From: Chiloscyllium plagiosum
Lineage: Eukaryota
NCBI RefSeq assembly: GCF_004010195.1
Contig: NC_057720.1
Coordinates: 23,740,135-23,804,134 of the forward strand
Direction: 5' to 3'
DNA: 64,000 bases
Under the pieces are notes generated by a model. It saw nothing but the letters and a program-made list of their open reading frames with translations. It made no database searches and was not told where the DNA came from. Of this stretch, positions 1-12,190 are shown piece after piece. The position numbers were made by a program, and so were the translations under genes. How positions within the stretch are numbered: position 1 is the stretch's first letter; each line of letters opens with the position of its first letter.

Positions 1-752
1 TACAAGCTGACATCATCATCCTAGGAAAAAGACTTTCATTGTCTACTCTATCTAATCCTCTGATCATCTTGTATGTCTCTATCAAATACCCTCTTAGCCT
101 TCTTCTTTCAAATGAAAACAGACCCAAGTCTCTCAGCCTTTCCTCATAAGACCTTCCCTCCAGGCCAGGCAACATCCTGGTAAATGTCCTCTCACTTTCT
201 CCAATGCTTCCACATCCTTCCTGTAATGGGGCGACCAGAACTGTACATAATATTCCAAGTGCGGCCGCACTAGCATTTTGTATAGTTGCAACATGACATT
301 ATGGCTCTGGAACTCAATCCCTTTACCAATAAAACCTAACACACCATACGCCTTCTTAACAGCACTATCAATCTGGATGGCAACTTTCAGGGATCTATGT
401 ACATGGACTCCAAGATCCCTCTGCACATCCATACTACCAAGAACTTTCCATTGACCCAGTACTCTGTCTTCCTGTTATTCTTCCCAAAGTGAATTACCTC
501 ACATTTAGCTGCATTGAACTTCATTCTTCACCTCTTAGCCCAATTCTGCAGTTTATCCAAGTCCCCCTGCAACCTGCAACACTCTTCCACACTGTCCACT
601 ACTCCACCAACTTTAGCGTCATCTGCAAACTTACTAACGCATCCACCTATGCCTGTGTCTCAATCGTTTATAAAAATGACAAACAGTAGTGGTCCCAAAA
701 CAGATCCTTGTGGCACACCAATAGTAACTGGACTCCAGGCTGAATATTTTCC
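1..752 (-). mobile_element. CR1/HER1-type LINE fragment (RT C-terminal part)
   Basis: The minus strand encodes [13 protein letters not shown]...KFADD. ORF 133-432 has RPHLEYYVQFWSPHYRKDV, typical of CR1 ORF2. The frame is disrupted. Confidence 0.9.
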
Positions 753-882
753 TGTGGCATGTACTTATCCCTTTCATTGCTAAAAGTGGTCCCAAAACAG
801 ATCCTTGTGGCACACCAATAGTAACTGGACTCCAGGCTGAATATTTTCCTGTGGCATGTACTTATCCCTTTTCATTGCTAAA
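688..882. repeat. Tandem duplication of ~97 bp at the CR1 5' truncation point
   Basis: 688-784 and 785-882 are near-identical (agtggtcccaaaacagatcc...ttcattgctaaa). Confidence 0.95.
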
Positions 883-910
883 CTAAACATTGCTAAACTA
901 AACATAAACA

Positions 911-1007
911 TAGACAGGGGACAAAACGTCTGCAACACAAATTCCCAGCTCGGCGAACAGAACCACAACAATGAGCACCCAAGCTACAAATCTTTTCACA
1001 AACTTTG
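911..1007 (+). mobile_element. Penelope-like pLTR 3' tail fragment
   Basis: aaaacgtctg...cagctcggcgaac...gctacaaatcttttcacaaact resembles the tail at 33857-33940. Confidence 0.65.
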
Positions 1008-1392
1008 ATAATTGTTCCAATATAGTAACATCACTTAAACACACTCTTGGCAAAGGCAAAGTCAGCAAAATAAATTGTCTCACATCCTATTCTAACAGCA
1101 GGAAGAGAAGCCCAGTTTGAGCTGTAACAGAGAGAGAGGAATAAGAGCTTCCACATCTAACTTAAAGACCCTAGCAACTACAAAAAGCTAAAACTAAATA
1201 TCCCAGTTCTGTGCGTACTTGACCCCACCCATTCAGACTGCTTCTATTGTTCCAACTTTAAAAGAAATCTAAGTCCTCACAAGCTGTTTATTTTATTAGC
1301 TTTGAGCATACCACTAATCACCACTGTCTCAATTTTTCTTCATTAAAATAAACATGAGATAATACACCTCTGAAAGCCATTGTATTATCACA
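1008..1392 (-). mobile_element. Probable LTR fragment
   Basis: Begins TGTGATAATACA on the minus strand and has a GC-box-like gggtgggg. Resemblance to shark LTRs is from recall only. Confidence 0.35.
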
Positions 1393-2134
1393 AATGGGCA
1401 CCATTGTAATTTGTTTCCTTTTAGCAAACTTATGCATTCACTCAATTTTTTTCAGTTAGTATCACTTCCCAATATCTTTAAACATAACTGCTAACGCAGC
1501 TCACTTATTTCTTAACACAAGTTCCTTAGACCCATTTTCCACAGTCTTCTGTTTTTAAAGCTTTTCTCTCATTGGCCAATCAGAATTTCTGTTCTTCTGC
1601 CCTGGCTGTTTTGGAGATTACTTTAAATGCACTGCTGCAGTTTCAGTCCTTTTGTTTCTTTCTGAATAGCCTATTTCTCTCTCTCTGAAAGAAACTTGCA
1701 CACTCACTGACCTGGATGCCTCTCTTTCTAAAATAAATAATTTTTGTTTTCCTGTGTCATAGAACATAGTATTGCCAAGCTAGAGTCCACTTATTTTGTT
1801 CCCTCATCTACCCTTACTTCTAAGGCACTGAAATATTCACATACAAATTAGAAATATTAATTATAATGCATGTAAAAACCTTTTCAGAGATTCTGGTACC
1901 ACTTACAGAGCTCAACATTGAACTGAAGCTATGTCTCCCCTTCTTATCCCTAGATAAAAATATAAATTATATTGAAAGCTATATATGATTTATAATAATA
2001 GATATTATTATCTGTTTATCATACTTTATTCTTAAATTTAACGTGTAAAAGGGTAAACCATTGGACTTATTGTTCAGGTCATCTCAGATGTACTGTTGAG
2101 CATTAACAATTGATACTTGCAGCAATTGACAGAA

Positions 2135-2545
2135 GGGGAGTCAATAGCCTCGTGGTACTTTCAATGGACTGTTAATTGAGAGATCCAGATAAAGTTCTGT
2201 GGCTCAAGGCTCAAATCCTGCCATGGCAGAGTGTGCAATTTGAATTCAATAAATATCTGGAATTAAGAATCTACTAGATTGGGTATGTTTCCATGCTGTA
2301 CATCTCTATGAGTATGACTCTATGACTACTGTAAGTCCATTGCCAGTTGTCAAGAAAAATCCATCTGGTTCACTAATGTCCCTTAGGGAAGGAAGTCTGC
2401 CAATCCCACTTGGCACAAACTACATGTGATTCCAGACCCACAGCAATGTGGTTGACTCTCAACTGCCCTCTGTGCAATTAGGCACAGGTAATAAATCCTG
2501 CCTAGCCAGTGACGCCCTCACCTATGAATGAATAAAGAAAATAAA
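2135..2545 (+). mobile_element. tRNA-derived SINE, SacSINE1/Deu-SINE-like, with a ~50 bp HER1 3' tail inserted at ~2277-2327
   Basis: Degenerate B box ggctcaaatcc; body ccatctggttcactaatgtccc; tail aataaa...gccagtgacgccc...atgaatgaataaa. Homologous to 23245-23750 and 46850-47185. Confidence 0.75.
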
Positions 2546-3132
2546 GCGAAGTAATGTGATCTGAAAAGCTAGGTAAGCAATCCAATCTATGGAGTTCACC
2601 ATGAGGTGCACAAGTTCCAAGTCTGCATGATTTAAACTTTAATAACTGGGGAAAGTTTCCTTGATGAATAATATCATTATAAATGCCATCAATACAATTT
2701 CTTCTGTTTATTATTTAAAATGAAACTGCAGACAAACATATATTAAAAAGAACATGTTTGACTGCAGTGTCACTATTAAATAATAAAATCCTGCCTATGG
2801 GAGGCATAGATGGGATGTGAGAGATTTTATAGCAGAAGATTTTGCAAACTACAGTGTCTGTTTCTTCATCATAAGTTGTTGCTCTGCATGATGATTTGGA
2901 TCATTTATGTAATTGGAATCAAATTTAAATTATAAGAAAAAATTCCAAGCAAAATTCTTTTTTCTTTTGTAACTTTTAAACAATTTTTCATAAAACTAGT
3001 ACAATTAGAAGTCTGTATTTTTATTTTTGGCTATATTTGGTAGTGGCTATGTTTCTTAATTAAAAGGCCTGTGGGTACAGGCACCACTTTGCAGTATGGA
3101 ACATTATGGAGACTGACAGTTCCCAATTGAGG

Positions 3133-5130
3133 TCTGTTCTTTGGATGAGAAATTAAGTCGATATGTTTGAAGTGGGAAAAATCCATAACCAATTTAACCA
3201 TGTCTAACATGTGAACTCGGGGCTTGTCCACTCTGTCTGCTTTTCTTTTCGTTTCTTTTCTTTTTTTCTCTTTTCTTTCTTTAATTTTACACACGTCTTG
3301 TTGAAGAGCTTAATTGCAGCAATGGCATCAACAGCAGACTCAAGTGGGCCCAGCACGGATTCCAGAGGGCCCAGCGCATACTGGGGTTGGCCCCGCACAG
3401 ACTCCAGTGGGCTCAGTGCGAATTTATGTGGGCCCAGCACGGACTTGAGTGGGCCCAGCACAAACTCCAGTGGGCCCAGCGCGAACTCCAATGGGCCCAG
3501 CGCGGACTCGAGTGAGCCCAGCGCAGACTTGAGTGGGCCCAGTGCAGACTTGAGTGGGCCCAGCGCGAACTCCAGTGGGCCCAGAGCGGACTCCAGGGTG
3601 CCCAGCACGGACTCCTGTGGGCCTGCATAGACAGCTGTGGGCCCAGCGCAAACTCCTGTGGGCCCAGCGTGAACTCCAGTGGGCCCAGCGTGAACTCGAG
3701 TGGGCCCAGTGTGAACTCCAGTGGACCCAGCACGAACTCCAATGGGCCCAGCACGAACTCCAGTGGGCCCAGAGCGGACTCCTGAGGGCCCAGCGCGGAC
3801 TCCAGTGGGCCAGCATGGACAGCAGTGGGCCCAGCGCGGACTCTATGGGCCCAGCGCGGACTCGAGTGGGCCCAGCGCAGACTTGAGTGGGCCCAGCGCG
3901 GACTCCAGTAGACTCAGCGCAGACTCCATGGGCCCAGCATGGACTCAAGTGGACCTAGAGTGGACTCGAGTGGACTCAGCGCGGACTCGAGTGGGCCCAG
4001 CATGGACTCGTGAGGGCTCAGCACAAACTCGTGTGGTCCCAGCACGGACTCCATGGGCTCAGTAGAGACTCCAGTGGGCCCAGAATGGACTCCAGTGGGC
4101 CCAGTGCTGATTCCAGAGGGCCCAGCACGGACTCGAGTGGGCCCAGCGCTGATTCCAGAGAGCCCAGCGCGGACTCGAGTGGGCCCAGCATGGACTCGAG
4201 TGGGCCCAGCATGGACTCCAGTGGGCTCAGCGCTAATTCCAGAGGGCCCAGTGCAGACTTGGGTGGGCCCAGCACAGACTCGAGTAGGCCCAGCACAGAC
4301 TCGAGTGGGCCCAGCGCAGACCCCAGTGGGCCGACTGCGAACTCCAGTGGGCTCAGTGCAGACTCCAGTGGGTCCAGTGCAGACTCCAGTGGGCCCAGCA
4401 TGAACTCCAGTGGGCCCAGCACTGATTCCAGAGAGCCCAGCGTAGACTCATGTGTGCACAGCATGGTCTCCAGTGGGCTCAGCGCTGACTCCATGGGCCC
4501 AGCGCAGACTCCAGTGGGCCCAGCGCAGACTCCATGGGCCCAGCGCAGACTCCAGTGGGCCCAGCGCAGACTCCGTGGGCCCAGCGCAGACTCCAGTGGG
4601 CCCAGCACAAACTCCAGTGGGTCCAGCGTGGACTCCAATGGGCTCAGCGCATATGCCAGTGGGCCCAGTGCGAACTCCAGTGGGGCCAACGCGAACCTCG
4701 GTGGGCCCAGCACAGACTCCAGTGGGCTCATGCAGACTCCAGTGGGCACAGTGCAGACTCCAATGGGCCAATCACAGACTCCAGTGTGCTCAGCGCGAAC
4801 TCCAGTGGGCCCAGCACGGACTCCAGTGGGCCTAGCACTGATTCCAGAGGGCCCAGCGCCGACTCGAGTGGGCCCAGCGTGGACTTCAGTGGGCCCAGCA
4901 TGATAGCAGTGGGCCCTGCACAGACTCTGTTCTTTGGATGAGAAATTAAGCTGATACGTTTGAAGTGGGAAAAATCCATAACTAATTTAACCATGTCTAA
5001 CATGTGAGCTCAGGGCTTGTCCACTCTGTCTGTTTTTCTTTTCATTTCTTTTCCTTTTTTCTCTCTTTTCTTTCTTTAATTTTACACACGTCTAGTTGAA
5101 GAGCTTAGTCGCAGCAATGGTATCAACAAC
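3133..5130 (+). repeat. Direct repeat of a ~200 bp AT-rich leader (3133-3335 and 4926-5130), one copy preceding each minisatellite array
   Basis: Both copies read tctgttctttggatgagaaattaag...ccatgtctaacatgtga...ttttacacacgtct...gcagcaatgg. Offset is 1793 bp. Confidence 0.95.
3331..4925. repeat. 21-bp GC-rich minisatellite, array 1 (consensus gactccagtgggcccagcgcg, with some 20-bp variants)
   Basis: Tandem periodicity is directly visible and translates as (SSGPSAD)n / (LGPLESA)n heptads. Confidence 0.97.
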
Positions 5131-5715
5131 AGACTCAAGTGGGCCCAGCACGGACTCCATTGGGCTCAGTGTGGACTCCAGTGGGCCCAGCGTGGATTTG
5201 AGTGGGCCCAGCACAGACTTGAGTGGGCCCAGCGCGAATTCCAGTGGGCTCAGTGTGGACTCCAGAGGGCCCAGCGTGGAGTCGAGTGGGCCCAGCACAG
5301 ACTTGAGTGGGCCCAGTGTCGACTGGAGTGAGCACAGCATGGACTCCAGTGAGTTTAGTGCAGACTTGAATGAGCACAGTGTGGACTCGAGTGCATCCAG
5401 TGCAGACTCCAGTGAGTCCAGTGTGGACTCAGATGGGCCCAGTGTGGACTCCAGTGGCCCCAGTGCAGACTTCAGTGGCTCCAGTGCAGACTTCAGTGTG
5501 CCCAGCGTGGGCTCCAGAGGCCCCAGTGCAGACGTCAGTGGCCCCAGTGCAAAAATCAGTGCGCCCAGTGTGGGTTCCAGTGGGCCCATCGCTGACTTCA
5601 GTGGACTCCAGTGCCCAGCTCCAATTCCATGGGCCCAGTGTGGACTCCAGTGGGTCCATCATGGACACCAGTGGGTCCAGCGCGGACTCAAGTGGACCCA
5701 GCACAGACTTGTGGA
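5126..5715. repeat. 21-bp minisatellite, array 2 (more degenerate)
   Basis: Same unit, with more CpG-to-TpG/CpA variants (cagtgtggac, cagtgcagac). Confidence 0.95.
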
Positions 5716-7756
5716 CGTGGCATCGGAGAAATGTTTGAGTTCCTGGCAGCTACTACAATGACGAGCTGAGGCAGAGACAAGTTTGGACTCCTGCTGGTAA
5801 TTGTGTACACTGCAGATTCATGGAGGTGGTGGCAGTGGTGAGTTTGAGCCCAGTATGAGACTAAGTGGCATCGGCAGTGGCTGCATTGCAAGTTAGGCCT
5901 GAAAAAGACTCCTGGCAGCCCGGATTCAAGTTTGGGCCGGCGCAGTAATTGGTGGCATCGCTGATGTCTGCATTGGCAAGGTCCAGTGAGGACTCTTAGT
6001 GGCAAGGGAAGTAAGATGGCACCAAAGAGTGGCAACCTTCGTTCCAGTGGTATTGGCACAATGATGGGGACTCGTGCCTGGCCACCAGGTCCATGGTCCC
6101 TGGCAGCATCCTTAACAAGAAAGACTGTAAAAATTGAACACGTTTCCTTTATTTTTTCATTTTTCTGCCTTTATAGTCTATGTCTTGATTTATTTTTCTG
6201 TATTTTACTGAAGAGTGGTAACACTATACAATACTTCTCACTGTATTTAATAATAAACTATACATAACAATAAATCAATTCAATTTAAACTGTGGAACTG
6301 TACAATGTGTTGTGCATAAGGAAGAATAACAAAGTTCTTAATTGCACACTTATTTATTATGTGTTTATATTGGCTGATAAGCCTCTTCCCAATGTTGTGT
6401 CAGTAAGATGCAGCATGTGATCACAGTTTTAAAAGTAATTGTAACAGGAGCACTAATACTATGGCATTTATGTCATTAATCTACCATTTGCCTTGAAATC
6501 AAGTGCACACAAAATGCAAGAATAACACTAAAAATGCCAACTACTGCATATCTAAAAAGAAGCACATCTGAAAAGTACTTACCTACCCAGGTATAAACAC
6601 CAACTGTTAAAAGAAAGAAGCCTTGGATCTTTTGTATTTTTAATTTGATTTTATTAAGGTAAAAAATACATTTCAATACATCCTATTAATGCTGACAGTA
6701 AGCCACAAAATAAATCTTCTAATAACTGGCAAAGATTTATTACTGGTGTTGAATGTTGTGCTTTCCATGGGGTTTCTCTTCAGGTATTATGAGACGTAGA
6801 TCAATGGCCTGTGACAATGAGAATGATGTGATGGAATTTTAAATAATAGGAAATTTCATTTTATGTGACATACTCAGACTGAGAGGCAGTTTGACATTTT
6901 AGCACATGTTGGAACAAACGAATCCAAGGTACAGCGTGGAATATTGTGATCATCCCAATGTACACTTTACATTCTTGTATGACTAAACCTAACACAGGAT
7001 CATGAGATTCTTTTTTAATAAACTAAACAAAATCTTTAGTTCACATTAGGGAGAATTATTCGGAAAACTAATCTTGTTCAAATTACAATTGTGTGCCTTT
7101 TTTCCTGCATTGCTTAATTTACTTTAGTCATATTTCACTCCATTTTAATGTGAGCTTAAAAATATGGATGTAATACAAATATATTAAATAATTGGTGACT
7201 AATGTCACCATTAGTGGTCACAGTCTTATTTATTACAAACACGGGAATTCCTATATACCCTGCCAATCTAAATAGGAAGAAAGTCATTTCAATTGATGTC
7301 AAATGGCTTCACATACCACACAGGAACATTCTAATTTTCCAAGGAAGGTTGATGATTTTTCTCTCTGCCTCAGTTTCCATCTAATAAATGTTTGAAGATT
7401 CCATCACATATTGGAATGGAAACAGGACTAAACCTGATTTTATTAATGTAGTGGTTCATTAGGACATGAACATTAAAAAAATGCCTTTCGTAGCTAAGGC
7501 TTCAAGCTAATTATTTACTTATAAAAAGAAATAAATAGGTATTGTAAAAGTGGGATTTTTTCAAAATATGTGGAGTATGGACAATGGATGACTTACTCAT
7601 TCAAAGAAGTATTCAGAAGTATTCAAAAAAATTTATTGGATCAAATAATCTCCTTTTGCACTGCTAGATTCTATGAAACTTTAATGATACATGGGCACTT
7701 TTAGTACATTCTGGCATGGTTTTTAACTGTCAGTCACCAGTATTTGGGAAAAAAAT

Positions 7757-8030
7757 GAACTTACAAATTAGGAGTAGAAATAAGCAATTTAGTCCCTTCA
7801 ACCTGCTCCACCTGTCAATAAGATCGTCAGTACTCTGATTGTTGTCTTAGCCCCACATTCCCACCTACACCTATTAACCTGTGACCCCTTTGTTAGGCAA
7901 GAATCCATCCACCTCAGCCTCAAAAATATTCAGTCACTGTGCCTCCACCACTCTCTGGGGAAGAGAGTTCCAAAGATTCTCAACCTTTTGAGTGAAATAA
8001 GTCCATGTAACCCCTGTCTTAAAAGGAATT
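7757..8030 (-). mobile_element. Old CR1-like 3' fragment
   Basis: Similar to 34196-34715 (cccttcaacctgctcca...; gagagttccaaagattc). Confidence 0.6.
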
Positions 8031-8792
8031 TTTCAACTAGAAGGCAGTTGAAAGTACTAGACTTGTGCATGCTCAATGACATTTTGATAAGATTTTCAGA
8101 CAGGCTTGTAAATTTCACCTTGCAGTCTTGCTATGAAAAGTGGCTTACACACAGAAAATGGACATTCTATTTCAGTGGTAGGATGCCATTTACAATTTTC
8201 AAGAACAAATGGGTGGGGTACAGGCTCTGTCCATCTGTATTAGTGGTGAGCAATCTGACATATATGTCCTTCAAGGGCCTCTGGAGGCTGCTTCAAAATG
8301 GGTCTGCACCATTTCAGGGGATGTTTTGCGAATGCTCATCTGGTCACACAAACCAATTATACCACCACAGTAGAGTCAAAGATAATGGTGGAGAGAAGCA
8401 TTCTCTGTGATTAATTAACTCTGTTCACAATTCATTCGCAAAGCAGTGCAGCCTTTGGAGACAGATTTAAAATTTAGTACACAATACTGTCAGTTATCTC
8501 ATAATTAATTTTAAATAGATAGTGTCATACCTTATTTAGTCAATTTTCAAAAGGATGGAAAGTAAAAAACGAGCATTTAATCTTGAGATCCAGATGATAT
8601 CCGTAAATCATATGAGATTCACTTTTATGGTTCATGTCATTTCAAGAACTCAATTAAATTACAGACTTATTGCCTATTCACAATCATTCATAATTCTGTT
8701 TATTGCCACATTTCAAGAAAATAAAAGTATCACTCCCACTTATGCATTTAATAAACACATTTATGTCTTTGCTTAGGAATCTTCCAGATAAT

Positions 8793-8955
8793 AGCAGAAG
8801 TGGGTACTGCAGATGCTGGAGATTAGAGTCAAGATTAGAGTGGTACTGGAAAAGTACAGCAGGTCAGGCAGCATCCAAGGAGCAGGAAAATTGGCATTTC
8901 AGGCATCAGAAATCCTGATGAAGAGCTTTTGCCGGAAACGTCGATTTTCCTGCTC
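8793..8955. mobile_element. Short fold-back Penelope-type insertion with 12-bp TSD
   Basis: TSD cttccagataat at 8781-8792 and 8956-8967. Inverted arms aggagcaggaaaat / attttcctgctcct. Homologous to the termini of 50594-52318. Confidence 0.85.
8909..8948 (+). ncRNA. Minimal type I hammerhead ribozyme motif (stem II mutated)
   Basis: gaaatc-CTGATGA-a-gagc tttt gccg-GAAA-cg-TC-gatttt. Stem I gaaauc/gauuuu can pair. Confidence 0.65.
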
Positions 8956-9486
8956 CTTCCAGATAATGGCCTGAGCTCTGATTCTTATCTGAACATATTC
9001 TGATCCCAGATATTTATTCTATGGTTAGGCGTGCTTTTTTCTAATATTTGATACTTCCAGCTGATATGATTCAAGATTTTTAAAAAGTCTGATGGTGTGT
9101 AGGAAGTAACTTGAAAGGACAGGATTGAGAGTTATAAAATGGTGACACAGTGACTTTTAATGTACTAACTGAAGTGAGAGAGGTTAACAGCCATCATGTT
9201 TCTGAAATGATTCCATAGAAATTACAAAAATATATGAGGACAAACATGGTTTTAGAGTCAAAATCCTGAAACTCCCTCTGCACTCCAAAAGTACCTTCGC
9301 AACAGACTGCAGTTGGTCCAAAGTACCACTCATGATCACCTACGCAAAGGGAATGAGGGACTGATACAAAATAAGCATAAGTGTGTTCCCACATTGTGAT
9401 TCATAAAAATAAATTATCAGCATTAGTAACCAAGGGAGTAGAACTATCTGGTCTGCAGAAATATTTTTGCACCATTAAGACTTAAT

Positions 9487-9792
9487 AGAATCATAGAGAT
9501 GTACAGCACAGAAACAGACCCTTCAGTCCAACTCGCCCATGCTGACCAGGTGTAGTAAATTAGTCTAGTCCCATTTGCCAGCATTTGGCCCATATCCCTT
9601 CAAACCCTTCCTTTCATCTAGATGCCTTCTAAGTGTTGTAATTGTATCAGCCTCCACCACCTGCTCTAGCAGCTCATTCCATTCAGGCACTACCCTCTGC
9701 ATGAAAAAGTTGCCCCTTAGGTCCTTTTTAAATCTTTCCCCTCTCACCTTAAACCTGTGTCCTCTAGTTTTGGGCTCCTTCGACCTTGGGGA
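9487..9792 (-). mobile_element. HER1/CR1 LINE 3' end
   Basis: ORF 9565-9807 reads KTRGHRFKVRGERFKKDLRGNFF...WNEL, followed by the tctatgattct tail. Confidence 0.92.
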
Positions 9793-10902
9793 GAGAGGGA
9801 ATATCATCTAAAATCTACTTTTGTTAGTAAATCCACATTTCACACTGTGATTTATTGACAGATGATAAGCATTACTACAAAGAAAAATATAATCCATGAG
9901 TTAAACCAGCAATTAAGGATTGAACGGACTGACATAAGAATGATAATGATTGAGTTGCTTTGTATGTAACTATTTCCCTTTGACATTAATTTGAATTAAA
10001 GATTTTATCTTACTCTCCACAATTAAAATACTCAGGCACAAATCTCTCAAGTATATTCTCCAGTGAAGAAAACTCAAGGCTTGAGTCCATTGTGCACTAA
10101 ATGTAGAAGTTCTATTTTGGAATGGAATTCATTTTTCTGGTGCTGCTTAGAAAATGTCAAAATATAAAACCTGAACAAGTATGAGATATCTCAGCTAGTA
10201 ACACGGATGGGAACTGACAAATCTCATCTTTTCCACAGATTTCAATCCAACTTGGTGTAAGATTTCAACACTATATTGCTCACTTTAATATCAAAGTACT
10301 TACCATACCTTCGGGGATCAGTAGTTGATATGAAAGGATCCTGAACGTAAAATAAAATAAAGAGTGAGCTTTGCTCGCAGGACATAAATGATTAGCCGAT
10401 TATGTGATCATACATTTCACAGCAGAGTCTATTTGCCCCATCTCAACTGTGCTTGCTGTGTGTAAAAGTTATTCATTCACAGCCTTTGCCAATCCCCAAA
10501 AGGCATTCATTTCTTTCCAGTTGTTTTCTTCTTATAAAAATGATTATGTTCCATTACTAACATTGCTTCAGCTACTTTAGCTGCTACACTCCTTGTTCTA
10601 ACAACCTTACTGTGAAAAATCAGTCTTTCTTATCACATCCTTTATTCTTTTCAGGGGCCTGTTATAATCATGTCCTCTAGTTACTGTTTTACCAAGCAGT
10701 GGAAGTATTTTTTCTCTCAATTACTTGTACCAAAATTGTTCATAAGTTTGAACACTTCTGACACAATTCTCTGCAGCTTCTCGGTGTAATGCAAAGAGCC
10801 TAAACTTTTCAAGTGTCTGCCATGCCCTCTCCTCTGAGATGGATCCACATAGGAACACTCACATTGCCCATATTCCGACCATCAACACGCTATAACGGAG
10901 GG

Positions 10903-11177
10903 CCCACTGGATACCAGCTGCTCATGGATTCCAATATGAACACTCCCACCCCACCCCCAACCCCCCTCACCAACTCCTGCCAATCTGGAAATGGTTGACG
11001 CTTCCCATGCCGAATATGGATAGGTATTGCAAACACCCACTGGATACCAGCTGCTCATGAATTCCAATATGAACACCCCCACCCCACCCCCAACCCCCCT
11101 CACCAACTCCTGTCAATCTGGAAATGGTTGACGCTTCCCATGCCGAATATGGATGGGTATTGCAAACAGCCCACTGG
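10903..11177. repeat. 133-bp tandem duplication containing C-runs (G-quadruplex-like on the minus strand)
   Basis: Units start cccactgg at 10903, 11036 and 11170 (partial). Confidence 0.95.
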
Positions 11178-11659
11178 TTTTACTGTCATTTGGTGAAAAA
11201 GTTGAAAATCACCTTTCGTTTGCCAACTTCAAATCATTATAAGAATGAATAATTAATGTCACAATGGATTTTGCCAATGGCAGTACTTTGGAGGAGATTT
11301 GTGAAGAGGCAGCCAACTAACACCCCATTTCCAGGATCCATGTCCAATTAAAGATGGTGTGTCGTCTCTGGAGGTGGGAGGATCAATGGATGGAGCCTTA
11401 GGCACTTGGCAGCTGGTAGTCCCACAAGTTGATGTGGCCATTGACCTTGTGGATCAGTAACTGCGAGGATGATACAAGTTGGAAGCACCTTTTTGACACT
11501 TATATTACAAATGATTCAAATTATACCTTAGCCACAATAGCCAGATCACTGGTGTGGAGGCAGAATCCCTTCAAAGAATGGTCTGGATCCGCAGGTGTTG
11601 TAAAACAGCTGAACAAATCCTGAATATTATATTGAAGTTCTCATCCTTACTCATGGCAA

Positions 11660-12190
11660 AATAACTAATGGTGCTGACACCCTTAAGTAGATTCTTTATT
11701 ACCTCAATGCTTGATCATTTCAATACTGTATAAATTTGAGCTTATTCCAAATTCTGTTGTCCAATTTTTAGAACAAATTTCATTTCCGTATTACCGCTGT
11801 ATTTGCTAATTGTCATTAGCTTCAGGTTTAATAGACCTTTGAGTTTGAAATTCTTATCTTGGTTTTCAAATCCCTCGATGGCTCTGGTACTGACCTTCTT
11901 TGTAACCTCATCCAGCTTTCATACTCTGATTTTCATTCTTTCCTCCAATTCCAGCCTCTTATCTTCTATCTTAATTACACCACTATCAGTGGGTCACATT
12001 CAGTTGTCCAGGCAGCAAACTTTGGAATACTATCCAAGAGCTTTTCCAACTTCCTACCTCTGTCTCTTTCTTTCATGATGGATATCTGTCTTAATACACC
12101 TTCTATAGCTTAGCATCATATTTTGTTTGATTAACTTTGATCCCAAAGTGTGTTGGGATGTTTTATTACACAAATGCAAGTTGTTATTTC
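11660..12190 (+). mobile_element. Old L2 LINE 3' fragment
   Basis: Reads ...KILILVFKSLDG..., like the L2 ORF2 C-terminus. The 3' end is tgttttattacacaaatgcaagttgtt. Confidence 0.6.

Noticed and set aside
3331..5715. CRISPR-like array with a leader
   Set aside because: The units are contiguous with no unique spacers, there are no cas genes, and the context is vertebrate.
10229..10246. Plus-strand micro-exon candidates (also ~53561-53584 and ~57956-57992)
   Set aside because: They are isolated, give no recognisable peptide, and are expected by chance.
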